A DNA stretch of 64,000 nucleotides, taken from Octopus vulgaris. Lineage: Eukaryota. A program made the translations under genes and the position numbers. Of the stretch, positions 26,291 through 38,494 are shown one piece after another. How positions within the stretch are numbered: position 1 is the stretch's first letter; every line of letters begins with the position of its first letter. The stretch lies in NCBI GenBank assembly GCA_951406725.2, contig OX597824.1, positions 61,318,001 through 61,382,000 of the forward strand, given 5' to 3'. Below the pieces are notes generated by a model. The model was not told the DNA's origin, did not search any database, and was given only the letters and a program-made list of their open reading frames with translations.

Positions 26291-26950
26291 TCTAATAACT
26301 ATAAAACTGAAGTTTTTTTTCTCTCTCTCGCTCTCTGTGTGCGTACACAAAAATGTAATGTACCTCAATAACTTCTACATCTTCTACATCCAATTTCTTT
26401 AAAATTTTATACACAGCTGCTTCATATCCCAGACATAGGCTACTTAGATTTAAAAAATCGATATTAGGGCCTCTAGAGCAATGACAAACCACCAATAGAT
26501 GATTCCTATTCATTTGCATAAATCAGCTGTTTTATAATCTGTAGGGTCTTCCATACATTTTAAATCATTTTCTAAAAGTTAAAGGATTTTGTCTATTTAT
26601 TTATTTCCACTGTCCGCCTGCGACGGTGATTAAATTGACTAGAAACATTAAACGCATACACCAAACTTTACATACACATTACTCATGTCCCAAGGATAGT
26701 CATGAACTAAACATTTTGCCCAGAGCTCCCGCGTAAATGGACCTAATTGGGCATATTGTTTGCATGTAGAGTCTTCCATACTTTTTAAATCTTTTTATAA
26801 AAGTGAAAGGATTTTATTTACATTATTTACATTTGACAGATATTTTGCCTCATCTTGTTTGTTGTTAACACAACGTTTCGGCTCATATACCCCACAGCCT
26901 TCAACAGGTGTCTTGTGGAAAAGTGATTAAATTGACTAAGAACACTGTAC
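26291..26950 (+). mobile_element. Helitron-like 5' part with diverged internal tandem units
   Basis: Starts TCTAATAACTATAAAACTG; units at about 26541-26660 and 26766-26950 are homologous; no 3' end found. Confidence 0.4.
26868..26911 (-). ncRNA. Minimal type I hammerhead motif with one core substitution
   Basis: ACAC-CTGTTGA-A-GGC..GCC-GAA-ACGT-T-GTGT; palindromic stem III; A6 replaced by U. Confidence 0.65.
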
Positions 26951-27760
26951 GCGATGAATATCCAATACCATACAATCTTAATCTCCATATTTAAACTGCA
27001 TTAAATTTTGGCAAGCTTAGCTTTATCTATTCTGAATTACTTGAAATGTGATGTTCCTTTCCCTCTCTTCTATTTGTTGATATCTTTGTTTACCTACCAA
27101 TGCGTTGTTTCACTTTAAGGGTGCTTATTTACTGATCCATTACGATGAACGTTGTCCATTGTTTTAAATACGTTTTAGCATTTTTGTTCTAAAAAAAAAT
27201 CTCATATGATTCGTCCCAAAGAATCAACCTTTAAATAAGAGTCTTTCTTCCACTAGCGAAAGCAATACATATCTTTCAGAAAGCTCCATACCAATTTAAC
27301 TTTATGCAGCATTCGCTGTTAGTTTATGCGCAGCCTATGTGGGAAGACAGAATAAAGTGGCTGTTAGCTTATCTCTCCGAAAAAATAGCTCCCATTGCTG
27401 TTGAAAAAGATAAACTCACAGAGGGGAAGTTTCAACGTCTTCCTTCAATTTCCTTACACCATTTATGTGGTTGTTTCTGACAAGAAATTTCGCTCTCATG
27501 TAAAACAACTATATTTTATAGTCATTATCCGTAATCTACTCCCAAAATGCTTCAGTAGTTCTACGTTGCATCGCTTGCAAACTCATATGTTCTCTGATTA
27601 TTAAAGTGCAACGACCTCCACAATAACCAGCTTTCAATTTGATTTTCCGTTCCTGGGTTAATCGGAAATATAGATTGCCGTGCTACTCATAAACCGTCTC
27701 GGTTGTTCAATTATTTGGTGAAAAAAAATCCCCTACCAATGAAACTTAACCCGTCCAATA

Positions 27761-28832
27761 GACGGGTGCGTTTGGGGTATTTGAGGACAGCTTTTGTATA
27801 CAATAAAACAACTATATTTCAAATATGTATTTGAATAAATATTTGTGCAATTAGTCTTGATAATGATTTTTTTAAGCAAAGTATTCTTGGCTTCGATGAC
27901 TGCTTCACTGCGGGACCGAAACAACTGGCATGCTGACACTATATGGTCCTTATTCATTTCGGATATCACCTGGACAATGTGGGCCTTCAGTGAAGCTATG
28001 GTATTATGAGGATGACGATTAGTCTCCATTTCAACAGTGCTCCACACGTAGACTTCATCAATCCAGGGATTGATAACAGTTTCCAGTACCTCGATGTATC
28101 TAGCAGCATTAATTCTAAGATCCTGTGAAAAAAAGTGGGGAGGTATCACACGACCTTCGCTACCCACCACTCATAAAACCATCACAGTTGCTGGAAATTT
28201 CATGTGCATCACTCTGAGTACTTCAGAAGGATCTGCACATAACCACATGCCATTTCTTTTGTTAGACTTTGATCCTGGTCAAAGTTTTTCGGCAGAAAAA
28301 CCAAAGAATGTCTTTTTCATGAGGGTTTTTAACTTTAAGTAACCGTTTTGAACGGATGAGACGGTTTTCCTGTGTCTTTGCAGACACGAATTGGCCTTTC
28401 CTCATTACAAAGGACTTGTGTCGAATGTCACGACGTACCACAGTTATGATAGTCCACTCTGACACCCGAAGTTCATTAGCAATGGAGCTCATTGATTTTC
28501 TGGGATTTTCATCGATAATGTTTGAACATGTATAAATTGCGGTGTCCTTTTAGTGTCTGGGCATTGTGAATGTTTTTTCTCTTTGATACAGGTGAACCAT
28601 TACCATCAAATGCCTCCAATTCCAACCGAACTTTGTATACACATGATCTTACAACATTTAGGAAGTTGCTAATTTCTAAATCACTGAGGTTTGCATGTCT
28701 TTTCATTTCTTGAGTTAGAATATCTTGAAAGGGCTATGTGAAAAAAAAAAAATTAAAATAAACGATACGTTAAATAATTTGAAGGTGTAATGAACAAAAA
28801 ACAAAATGTCTTCAAATACCCCTCGCACCCTG
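27761..28832 (-). mobile_element. Tc1/mariner-superfamily (maT/DD37D-like) element with TIRs, internally deleted
   Basis: TIRs GGGTGCG..GGGGTATTTGAGGACA and TGTCTTCAAATACCCCTCGCACCCTG+TA. Frames give SIANELRVSEWTI and VGSEGRVIPPHFF..YIEVLETVINPWI fused to YVWSTVE, so the catalytic middle is missing. Confidence 0.8.
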
Positions 28833-28918
28833 TATACACACACATATGTTGTCTACACCACCTGTTTTCGTCTTTTGTTTTTTTCTTCTGAATTCTCCCC
28901 TATATATATATATATATA

Positions 28919-29305
28919 TCTCTCTCTATATAAACGGCAGTTTGTCTGTGCGTGTTTCTGTGTGTCTGTTTTCTCGTACCCTCACCCTGACCACGGCTTT
29001 CAACCGATTCTGATGAAACTTGACACACACATAGCCCAATGTCATAATTCAAAACTAACGCAGCGAAAATTTTGAAAAGTTCCCCCAGTTCTGAAAAAAA
29101 TCGATAAATTCGACATGGGGTCGAGAATAAAAAAAAAACAAACCACAGACTGTCTAGGGGACGCAACTCAACCTTTTTTTACTCTCAAAAAAAAATTTAC
29201 CATCATTTTTTTCCATTTTTTTGCTATTTTTTGGCTATAACTCTCTAAAAATGCTTTATAGCTATTTCCCTTACAAACCTGAGCAACGCCGGGCGATACT
29301 GCTAG
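28919..29305 (+). mobile_element. Non-autonomous Helitron
   Basis: 5' TCTCTCTATATAAACGGCAG, 3' hairpin and GATACTGCTAG, A|T insertion in (TA)n; close copy at 32981-33350. Confidence 0.9.
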
Positions 29306-29370
<65 letters not shown>

Positions 29371-31751
29371 ATATATATTTATAACACACACACATATGTA
29401 TATAAATGCGCTCGTGTGTGTGTGTATGTGTGCATCTATGAATAAGTACATCTAATGATAAAGAAAAATGTAAATAATCAAGAACGGTAGTAATATAGAA
29501 TTAAAGATTCAAAGTTGACTTAACTCCCACTCAACAAGAAAGAAATTTCTTCCTGCAAGTCTTTGAAGTGTCTTTGGTCTTTACTATAATAACGCCCGTT
29601 TCTTAGTCATTGTCTCGGTTCAATCATAAATTTTTCAATGACCATTCAAGTAGCCTTACATATATTCTGTGATTATTCTCATAGAATCTATGCCAAAAAT
29701 GTCTTGGAAGTTAATAGTCAGTCATAGACTGCTCTTTTGAAGATAGGAATAATGTTAGTATGAGAGGTTTAGAGTTATAGTTTTTACGTCGTTTGCCAAA
29801 CAGACGCACATACAAGCTGTCTCTCCCACACACGCATTAAATATGCCTGTGTATGTGTGTGTGTATGTGCGTGTGTGTGTGTGTGTGTATGTGCGTGTGT
29901 GTGTGTGTATGTGCGTGTGTGTGTGTGTATGAATGATGTTTGTTATATAGACAGATTGAATGGCTATGGAGGTCCAGTTGATTAAAACAGCAATCAAAGG
30001 GGCCCACAGGGGTAAAAATATGTTTGAGTACCACTGGCGGAATGATTCCTCTTACGAACCAGTTTGAAATCAATATCTACACCTCAAAGAATATATCAAA
30101 CACTGCTTGGGAATTTTGTTTGGAATTAAAATTATGATTATTAACTACTATAAATCCCGTTTACAAGTTAGAATTTCCGGTGCAGACATCAACAACTTTC
30201 TTTTCCCTCTCGATTGCTGAACTTTTAACTCTCATGACGTAAAACAAAATAAAAATAAAAATACATTCCATGAATTTCTTCCACTCTATAATTATTTTTC
30301 TTCTATAAGAAATCTCTCATTCTATAAAATTGTAAATTAGTGAATTCTAGTTTATATCATGCTGGCAGTTTCTAAAAAAAATAAAACAGTACTATACATA
30401 ATTACCACAGACTAGAAATTTTATGAATTTCTTAATATGTAAGCAATGATTAAAAATATGTCTATGTTATGCATCTTTTCCCATATCATTCATTAACTTC
30501 AAATTTAAATTTCTAATCCCATCAAAAACTATGAAGAAATGATTATCTCCCTTTCAATAACTCTCCACTAGGACATAACACCCTACCTCCACCCTCGCGC
30601 ATATTTATTTGTGTGTGTGTCTGTGTGTGTATGTATAACACATATATCTTGTATTGTAAGTTAACGAAGTAAGTCATATTTCTCACCTATTTTAAAGAAT
30701 ATAACGGATATATCATGATTTCTACGCATATAGGAAGTATCACTACTTCCGTCAGAGTGAATCTCCGTAACAAACATATATTCTAACGCTGCCTAAGAAA
30801 ATACAAACCTAAGTTGTTTTTTTTTACCTGGATACAAACTATAATTAATTACAAACTTAACCATCTATAACTGGATTACATTTTTAAAAAATTTAATTAA
30901 ATTATTTATAATACCACTAATTATCGAAATCAAAATTCAATTAGCAATAATTAACACCTATAAAGAATAGACTAAAAAAGGAAATAAATACGAATAGCAT
31001 AGATTAAACTAATCAATACAGATGCACCACAACCACAAATAGGAATTCTATGGGCAAACTTAGAGTTATGACCAATGAATAACATGTGCAAACCAATTAT
31101 GAGATTACTTGATGTCCAAGTTCACACAATTCTAAATCAGTTATGGCTACTGAATGAGCTACAACCTACAGTGAAAAAACGCAACCCAAACATCCTTGAT
31201 AACTTATAAAATGAAATCGAATAACTAAATAAATATTTTAATAATCTCAACAAAATTAACATTTCTACACAGTAGGAAGCCTGCTATGACCGTCTGTCTC
31301 CAACATGTGCTAGGGACAAACAAGGCCAAAGTCAAACTGAATGCAGCGGAAGTGGCAGTAGTCATCCAATGAGAAGTGTCAAGACAAAACTCACAGAGGC
31401 ACCCAAAACTATATTTACTCTGCCATATAATTTTTTCATTCTTAACATTTTAAATGAGCTTCGGGTTGACAGCCAAAATTATTCCCTATTCATTTGAAAA
31501 TATCATGTAGATCACGAATACTCTTAAATTTCTTAATGTTTTAGTACTAAAAACATTAGTGTCATCATTTCCTTTCTGTCATTACAACATTGGGTATATA
31601 AAAATGTTTATGTAACAGTTCTCTTGGACATGGTATGCATTCCAAGCCCCACACCTCTTGAAGTAGCGGGTTGGCAAATACTTCAACTTATTAATACTTT
31701 CGCTTCTGTTTCCATTTTATTTCTCACTTAATGTTTTTTGTTTTTGAACAG

Positions 31752-32018
31752 CTATCGGAAGAAATGGCAGTTATCAAAGAGAATAAAGATCGTATACAGC
31801 AACAAATCGACAAACTGAAGAATATCTCTGTCCCCGAAGATAATAAAGAACGAAAGGCGCTCAATTCTGGTCCAATACCCAAAACAGCTTCTGGAATGAT
31901 AGGATGGAAATCAGGACAAGAGTATCTAAAGACTCAATATCCAGCGTATTTGTGGGAACGACACTACAAAGTAGCATTTGAAAAGCAACTTGGATGGCCA
32001 AAAGATCCTTACCCGTGA
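31752..32018 (+). CDS. CIMIP1: Terminal coding exon of a C20orf85/CIMIP1-like (ciliary microtubule inner protein) gene
   Basis: Long pyrimidine tract plus GAACAG acceptor at 31751, then 88 codons to TGA. GPIPKTASGMIGWKS...KVAFEKQLGWP matches the P.P.T..G.IGW.S...K.AF...L.WP C-terminal motifs I recall for C20orf85. Upstream exons were not identified. Confidence 0.68.
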   Translation, partial: LSEEMAVIKENKDRIQQQIDKLKNISVPEDNKERKALNSGPIPKTASGMIGWKSGQEYLKTQYPAYLWERHYKVAFEKQLGWPKDPYP

Positions 32019-32056
32019 TTTTAGATAATTTGATAAATGTTATATCGTAAATATAT

Positions 32057-32140
<84 letters not shown>

Positions 32141-32289
32141 ATTGTATGTACGTATATGTATATATGTATATATGAAAGTATGTATGCATGTATTTATGTC
32201 TGTATACATTTATGTATTTATGAGTTTTCTTTGAGTTTAATTTAAGTTCTTCTTGAGCCAGTTCAAGCTGGTTTCTAACAAAGCAACAT

Positions 32290-33880
32290 GACTTTTTGAG
32301 TTAAGAGAGTTCCAGGTTGAGTTGGTCTGTTGGTTGAACTGTCCAAGTATGTGCATCTATTTTCATAAAAATCCCACATGGAGAATTCTTGGAATGTCTT
32401 ACAAATCTTTCCTCTGCCACTAATAGATTGGATTTGGAGAACCTGTGTTAGTTTCTTTTGCACTTTTTCAGTGAAACTAGATATTTCTAGGTTTTTGTGC
32501 AAATTTGTTGGTACATAACCTATTGCACCTATCATGATGATTACAAATGAGAACTCATAGGTAGAGTACAAGAGCTGTAAGTTCCGCACTTATTCGCCAT
32601 AAATGTTCTCTTTTTCCTGGACTTTTGATTGTACATTCATGTCTGCTGGGCACCTGACCTCTACAACAGTGCATGCCTTTTGTTCCCTGTCCTATAGAAC
32701 AATATCAGGTCTGTTATGATTGCTCCGAATTGATTTTTTTTATTAGGCTGTTCAACCAATATTCCTTGTTTTTTAAAGGTGTGAATACCTGCTGGCCCTG
32801 ACATGTCTTTAATGTGTACATCAGGGCAGACCTTCCCACAGATAGTATTGCAAAAAATCTTTGGAAGTGTGTCATGCCTCAGGAGCAGATAGTATCTCGT
32901 AGACATTTTGGGGTAGCTGCTGATGAAGTGGTGATATCTTCCACACTAATATAGCAGAACCGAGAGTTTTTATTACAACACTAGCAGTATCGCCCGGCGT
33001 TGCTCGGGTTTGTAAGGGAAATAATTATAAAGCATTTTTAGAGAGTTATAGCCAAAAAATGGAAACAAAATGATGGTAAATTTTTTTTTAGTTAAAAAGG
33101 TCGAGTTGCGTCCCCATGACAGTCTGTGGTTTGTGTTTCTGATTCTCGACCCCATGTCGAATTTATCGATTTTTTCAGAACTGAGGGAACTTTTCAAAAT
33201 TTTCGCTGCGTTAGTTTTGAATTATGACATTGGGCTATGTGTGTGTCAAGTTTCATCAGAATCGGTTGAAAGCCGTGGTCAGTGTGAGGGTACAACCTAA
33301 CAGACACACAGAAACACACACAGACAAACTGCCGTTTATATAGAGAGAGATGGAGGTTATGTGGTTTCTTTGCCCCTTTTATTTATTAGAAATTCAGCAG
33401 CCAACTCCTGTCCCTGGATAACAAAGGAATATCCTTCAAGGTGGGATCTAATGCAGGTCCGGAAGAGGCTACCCTTCCTGTCAGTGCTGTTGTTGCCTTC
33501 TAGGATGTGTACCCATGCATTTCTTACTTATGAGTATGCATCGAATGTACTCATTTCTTTCTTTACTGTTCAGCAGGTGTTGTTCTAGTGATAAAATGCG
33601 GCACCCAAAGGCCATTTGGACTGGCCTTATGCCGCTACTGTCATCACTTCGTCTCATATAAATCACTGCTAATGTAGAATTTGCCAGTGGTCAATATCTT
33701 TCTGGTTTTAATGTCCAGGCTGCGTATCTCATCGAGTGTCCATTGCAATACCCAAAATGTTGATATTAGCCCTGGTATTGCAAATGTATTGTGAGATATG
33801 GTTTTGTTAAATGCAAACAGCACTGAGTTCTATATTTTCCGGCGTCTGTAGTACTATTTTGTTATTCTGGCGTTAGTCAC
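32290..33880 (-). mobile_element. Decayed RLE non-LTR retrotransposon (family of 7245-8270), split by a Helitron
   Basis: PKMSTRYYLLLRHD, LRNLQLLYSTYEFSFVIIMIGAIGYVP; the sequence is continuous across the Helitron insertion. Confidence 0.75.
32981..33350 (-). mobile_element. Non-autonomous Helitron nested in a LINE
   Basis: CTAG end at 32981 and TC start at 33350, inserted between A32980 and T33351 with no TSD. Confidence 0.92.
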
Positions 33881-34003
33881 AGCATCAATGCATGCAGTAT
33901 GTATGTATATATGTATGTATCTGTCTGTCCGTCTGTTCATCCGTCTGTCCGTCCGTCCGTCCGTCCGTCCGTCTGTCCGTCCATCCGACTGTTTGTCTGT
34001 CTG

Positions 34004-34038
<35 letters not shown>

Positions 34039-34039
34039 G

Positions 34040-34115
<76 letters not shown>

Positions 34116-34405
34116 CCTATATACCTACGAGCACACAAGTGTGATATGTGTATATGTGAGGTACCTGGGAATACTACAGGAATTCTCTTATAGTATTTTA
34201 TCTCCCAAAATAAAATAAATTCGTGTATATTTAAAGATCCAATGTTTTCATTTTGCTTGAATAGCTATGACAATTGAAAAGATATTTGTATATATGGCGG
34301 TGCCCCAGCATGGCCACAGCTCGTGAGCTGAAACTAGATAAAATGAGATAAAATAAAAAAAATATATATATACATATATATATTTATATATTATATCCCC
34401 AAATA

Positions 34406-34458
<53 letters not shown>

Positions 34459-34678
34459 ATAAAGGGCAAAAATCATTAATGAATTTTACCAGGTAGTCAG
34501 CGTGGAAATAAAATATCGTAGGTAACTTTTAGAAATATTTTATAATCATATACATAATTATAACAAGAGCTTGGTATGTGCCTCACCACGCACTGAAAAA
34601 TAGACGTCAAATAGACGAGAAAAACACACTACACAATAGGCTAGCAGAAGAAAGAAAATGAATCAAAACTTTAGTTAA

Positions 34679-34746
34679 CCGCGTACATGATCGTGTTTCG
34701 GGCTTAAAGTAATAAAAACATTACCTATTGCCTTCATCAGCGTCGG
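34679..34746 (-). ncRNA. Type I hammerhead motif, copy A
   Basis: Reverse complement of 35440-35507. Confidence 0.7.
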
Positions 34747-34911
34747 TATTCCAAGGCATAAATATACGAGTGACCACGGATATGTAAGCGAGCTGTGTCT
34801 TCGCTTAACTTATATCCGTCGAGACTCGCAGAGATATGCTGCGAATTAGAATTCATATCCTTCTCTTGTAGCCACATGCAGTTTGTTAAAGATCAAGACT
34901 GCCCTGGAATA

Positions 34912-34979
34912 CCGACGCCGATGAAGGCAATAGGTATTGTTTTTATTACTTTAAGCCTGAAACACGATCATATACGTGA
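34912..34979 (+). ncRNA. Type I hammerhead motif, copy B (degenerate)
   Basis: CCGACG-CCGATGA-AGGC..GCCT-GAA-ACACGATCATAT-A-CGTGA. Confidence 0.5.
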
Positions 34980-35439
34980 TTAACCAAAGTTTTAATTCAT
35001 TTTCTGTCCTCTGCTAGCCTATTATGTAGCGTGTTTTACCTAGGAGAATTTATGGTGGTAACAGTGTCTTTTGACATCTATTTTTCAATGCGTGGTGAGG
35101 CACAAACCAAACCCTTGTTATAATTATGTAAATAATTATAAAATATTTATATAATTTACATATGAGGTTTTATTTCCGCGCTGACACCACCTGGTAAAAA
35201 TCATTAATAATTTTTACCTTTTATTATTATTATGATTAATAGTTGAGAAAAATATTTACTCCTTGATCAAAACTGTATTAACTGCAGACTTGATCTTTAA
35301 TACACTGCACGTGGCTATAAGGGAAGGGTATGAATTTTACTTCGCAGCATATCTCTGCGAGTCTCGACGGATATAAGTTAAGCGAAGATGCAGCTCGCTT
35401 ACATATCCGTGGTCACTCGTATATTTATGCCTTGGAATA

Positions 35440-35507
35440 CCGACGCTGATGAAGGCAATAGGTAATGTTTTTATTACTTTAAGCCCGAAACACGATCATG
35501 TACGCGG
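35440..35507 (+). ncRNA. Type I hammerhead motif, copy C (canonical core)
   Basis: CCGACG-CTGATGA-AGGC..GCCC-GAA-ACACGATCATGT-A-CGCGG; GUA triplet, near-palindromic stem III, stem I with one bulge. Confidence 0.72.
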
Positions 35508-35662
35508 TTAACTAAAGTTTTGATTCATTTTCTTTCTTCTGCTAGCCTATTATGTAGTGTGTTTTACCTCGGAAAACTTATGGTGGTAATAGTGTATTTT
35601 AACGTCTATTTTTCAGTGCGTGGTGAGGCACAAGCCCAGCCTTTGTTATAATTATGTATATA

Positions 35663-35706
<44 letters not shown>

Positions 35707-36826
35707 ATCTTCCTTATATAAATGATGGTGTATGTTACCTAATGCTGCCAACATTAGTTTAGTCCTAAGTGTAGTGATGGCCGAAGAAGTAATCCCTGTA
35801 AACAATTCACATGCGAAATGATTGGTTTGACATGACATCAAAAGACTATAGTTTTGTGCATTACCTTTCGTTGGATGAAGGTACAACATACGGGCAATAG
35901 AAGAATATTTCGAAATGTCAACAATAATACTATCTGGTATCTCAGTATCAGCTTCTGAGTTCTCCCTAGTAGGTGAGAATCTTTTAGGATGTGTCTGAAG
36001 AAACATGCGTTCATAGATAGAGCTATATCCAGAAGACAAACTTATTTTCGAGCAAGAAAGAACATTTCGAGTTGTGTGATAATGGGTGCGGAGGAGGAGG
36101 ATTTTCTTTTTGTCTAAAACTAAGGACTTGGAATTCTGTGGCTGTTAAGCGCCATATTGATATATTTACGCATCGTTTATGACTTCTATATAATTTTTGA
36201 ATAGTACAGGTGCATTTGCTTTCATTTCTAGCATAACTTCAGTGTCGTGCACAAAGCTGTTGGGAGAAACTGATTACATATATTACATGTATTTGACTAC
36301 AAGTAAATAAAAAAAGTTTATGGTACTTTAGAATAAGTTTCTTTGGCTGCAGTAATTTGACTTTGGTCTCCCAGAAAGTGGGAAACCCAAAACTTAACCT
36401 CCATGTTACACTAACGTCTTCAGTTTGTTAGTCCGTGACATAAAATTTCAAGGTTGATCTACTAAATATTTTGTAGAAAACCCACGGATACAGTTAACTT
36501 TTGATCTAGATTACAGACTTCTCAGAACTGAGTTACATCGTTGTAGAATTATGTTCAGCATATTCTTTTTATCAAGATGGAAACCATATTATCTGTTGTT
36601 CTTAAAACAACCTCCCATGAAGGCAATAAATTATTAACCTTTCCATTCCATCTGCGATTAAAATTTTATATTGCTTTAGATTCTTGTTGCACATAATTTT
36701 ATCTGGATTCTTTGAAAAGTAGGATGTAAGTAACAAAGACCTGTTGTAGTTTGTGGCTATCAGTAGATTCTATAGCTTTAGTTAAAACAGATACAGACCG
36801 GTGAGGAGAAAGTGAGAGAATGACAA

Positions 36827-36869
<43 letters not shown>

Positions 36870-37531
36870 AGGATGGAGAGAAAGGGATGGAGGGAGAGAG
36901 AGGGATGGAGAGAGAGAGAAATATTATTATCATTATTATTATTTTCATCATATATTTTAGTTCCCCAGTATAACATCATTCTTTTATATCTCATGCTGTT
37001 TTCTTCATGATTCTCCGAAGTTCTAAGTACATGTACATTCATCCAGTCAGAAAATTCATCTCATGTTGTAAGTGATGTTTGGCATTTAGAAAGTTTGCAA
37101 AAATAAATAAATAAATAAATAGATAAAATAAATAAAAGGAAATCTTTGCTTTTGAATAAACTACCAGGATCTCATCACAGTCTGGCCATTTTTCAAGAAC
37201 TTATCAGAGATAAGACAGTAACAAGCAAAAACAAGAATTTGAGTTGCTATTTGTCGATAACCAAAACGAAGACATCACTGATAAGATGTTCCATAATGTA
37301 ATATTTCATTGTTTGTGCTAGTTTCTTGGTTTTGTTATTGTTACTGCCGTCTTCGTCTTCGTCGTAGTTGTTGTCATCATCATTGTTGTTGTTTAGTTCT
37401 GTCAGCTCTGATTGAATAAACTAATGATCCAAAAGTTCCAACTATAACCAATTTGTTTCCCTATTTCATGTGGTGACCGTCCAACTGAAACACGTTTGTT
37501 TTTTTCCTCCATTTTTTTCTTTCCTCGTCTT

Positions 37532-37569
37532 TCTCTCTGTAGAAGAGTGTGTGCTCGAAACGTAAAAAA
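37532..37569 (+). ncRNA. Degenerate minimal hammerhead motif related to 52509-52543
   Basis: CTGTAGA-A-GAGT(GTGT)GCTC-GAA-ACGT-A; stem I is poor. Confidence 0.4.
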
Positions 37570-37945
37570 CTTCCAATTTTTCTGAGCTTAAACCTAATAT
37601 ACCCTGTTTCACAATTTTTTTTTACCTAGACTTCGTTTTCTTTTCTTTATTTTTGTACCATCTATTAAGGATTACATTGTCTGGGTCCCTTTTAATGAAA
37701 CAGTAGGATGTCAATTTAAGTACATTTCGTTTCTATTTCTAGAGATAGTGAAAGCAGTAGTGGTAGCAGTAATGATAGTGGAAGTTGTAGTGTTGGGCGT
37801 AGTTGCAGCAATGCAGTAAGGTGGTGTAGCAGTGTTGTTGTTCACTGCAATAGTATTGGCGGTGGCCGTAGTTGCGCTGATGGTGGTAGTGAGCGTAGTA
37901 GTAGTTGTGTTGCTGGAACTCTTAGTAATGTTGGTGATAGTTGTA

Positions 37946-38494
37946 TTGGGTTGTCCGGAAAGTTCGTGCCGATTTTTAAAGGAAAGAAAACGGTCAATAA
38001 ATACTTGCCATTACATTTTTAACCAACCAAATATGAACCATTTTGTTGCACAATGCGTCTCCATCTTTCCTTTAACTTGAAAATACCCTCTTCCCAGAAT
38101 TGAGGTGGTTTCATGGCAAAGAATTCATCAAGGTATCTTTTTACATCATCCAAGGAAATGAAATTTTTACCATTAAGACTATTCTGCAGATACCTGAATA
38201 AGTGGAAATCCGAAGGAGCAATATCTGGTGAATATGGAGGGTGGGGTAACACATCCCAGCCGAGCTGCAGCAATTTTTGTCCGGTTCCCAAAGCATCAAG
38301 TGCCGAAAATGTACTTTCTTATTCTTCCATTTTAAAGGGTTACAAAATTAACACAGGTTATAGGCACATAAACCTTCTACGAAAAGATAAGCTCTAAATG
38401 GAGGTGTAGTCAAATTTTATGGATTCAACCATGTTCTAAAATAAGTCGAAAGGTAAGCTACTATAAATCGGCACGAACTTTCTGGACAACCCAA
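37946..38494 (-). mobile_element. Internally deleted mariner with both TIRs and TA duplication
   Basis: TA-TTGGGTTGTCCGGAAAGTTCGTGCCGATTT and AAATCGGCACGAACTTTCTGGACAACCCAA-TA; LGWDVLPHPPYSPDIAPSDFHLF. Confidence 0.95.

Larger units (their letters stand above)
34461..35660. mobile_element. Three copies of a hammerhead-bearing Penelope-terminal-repeat-like unit: A 34461-34901, B 34902-35220 and C 35283-35660 (B and C inverted relative to A)
   Basis: Direct sequence homology among the three blocks; (TA)n on both flanks. Confidence 0.85.

Noticed and set aside
27338-27480. MWEDRIKW... (and [10 protein letters not shown] at about 23365) as the missing CIMIP1 upstream exon
   Set aside because: Only superficial similarity, with no W..WGF motif and no clear splice pair.
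35599-36039. 146-aa minus-strand ORF
   Set aside because: Non-ATG start, runs into microsatellite and repeat, and has no recognisable domain or splice support.
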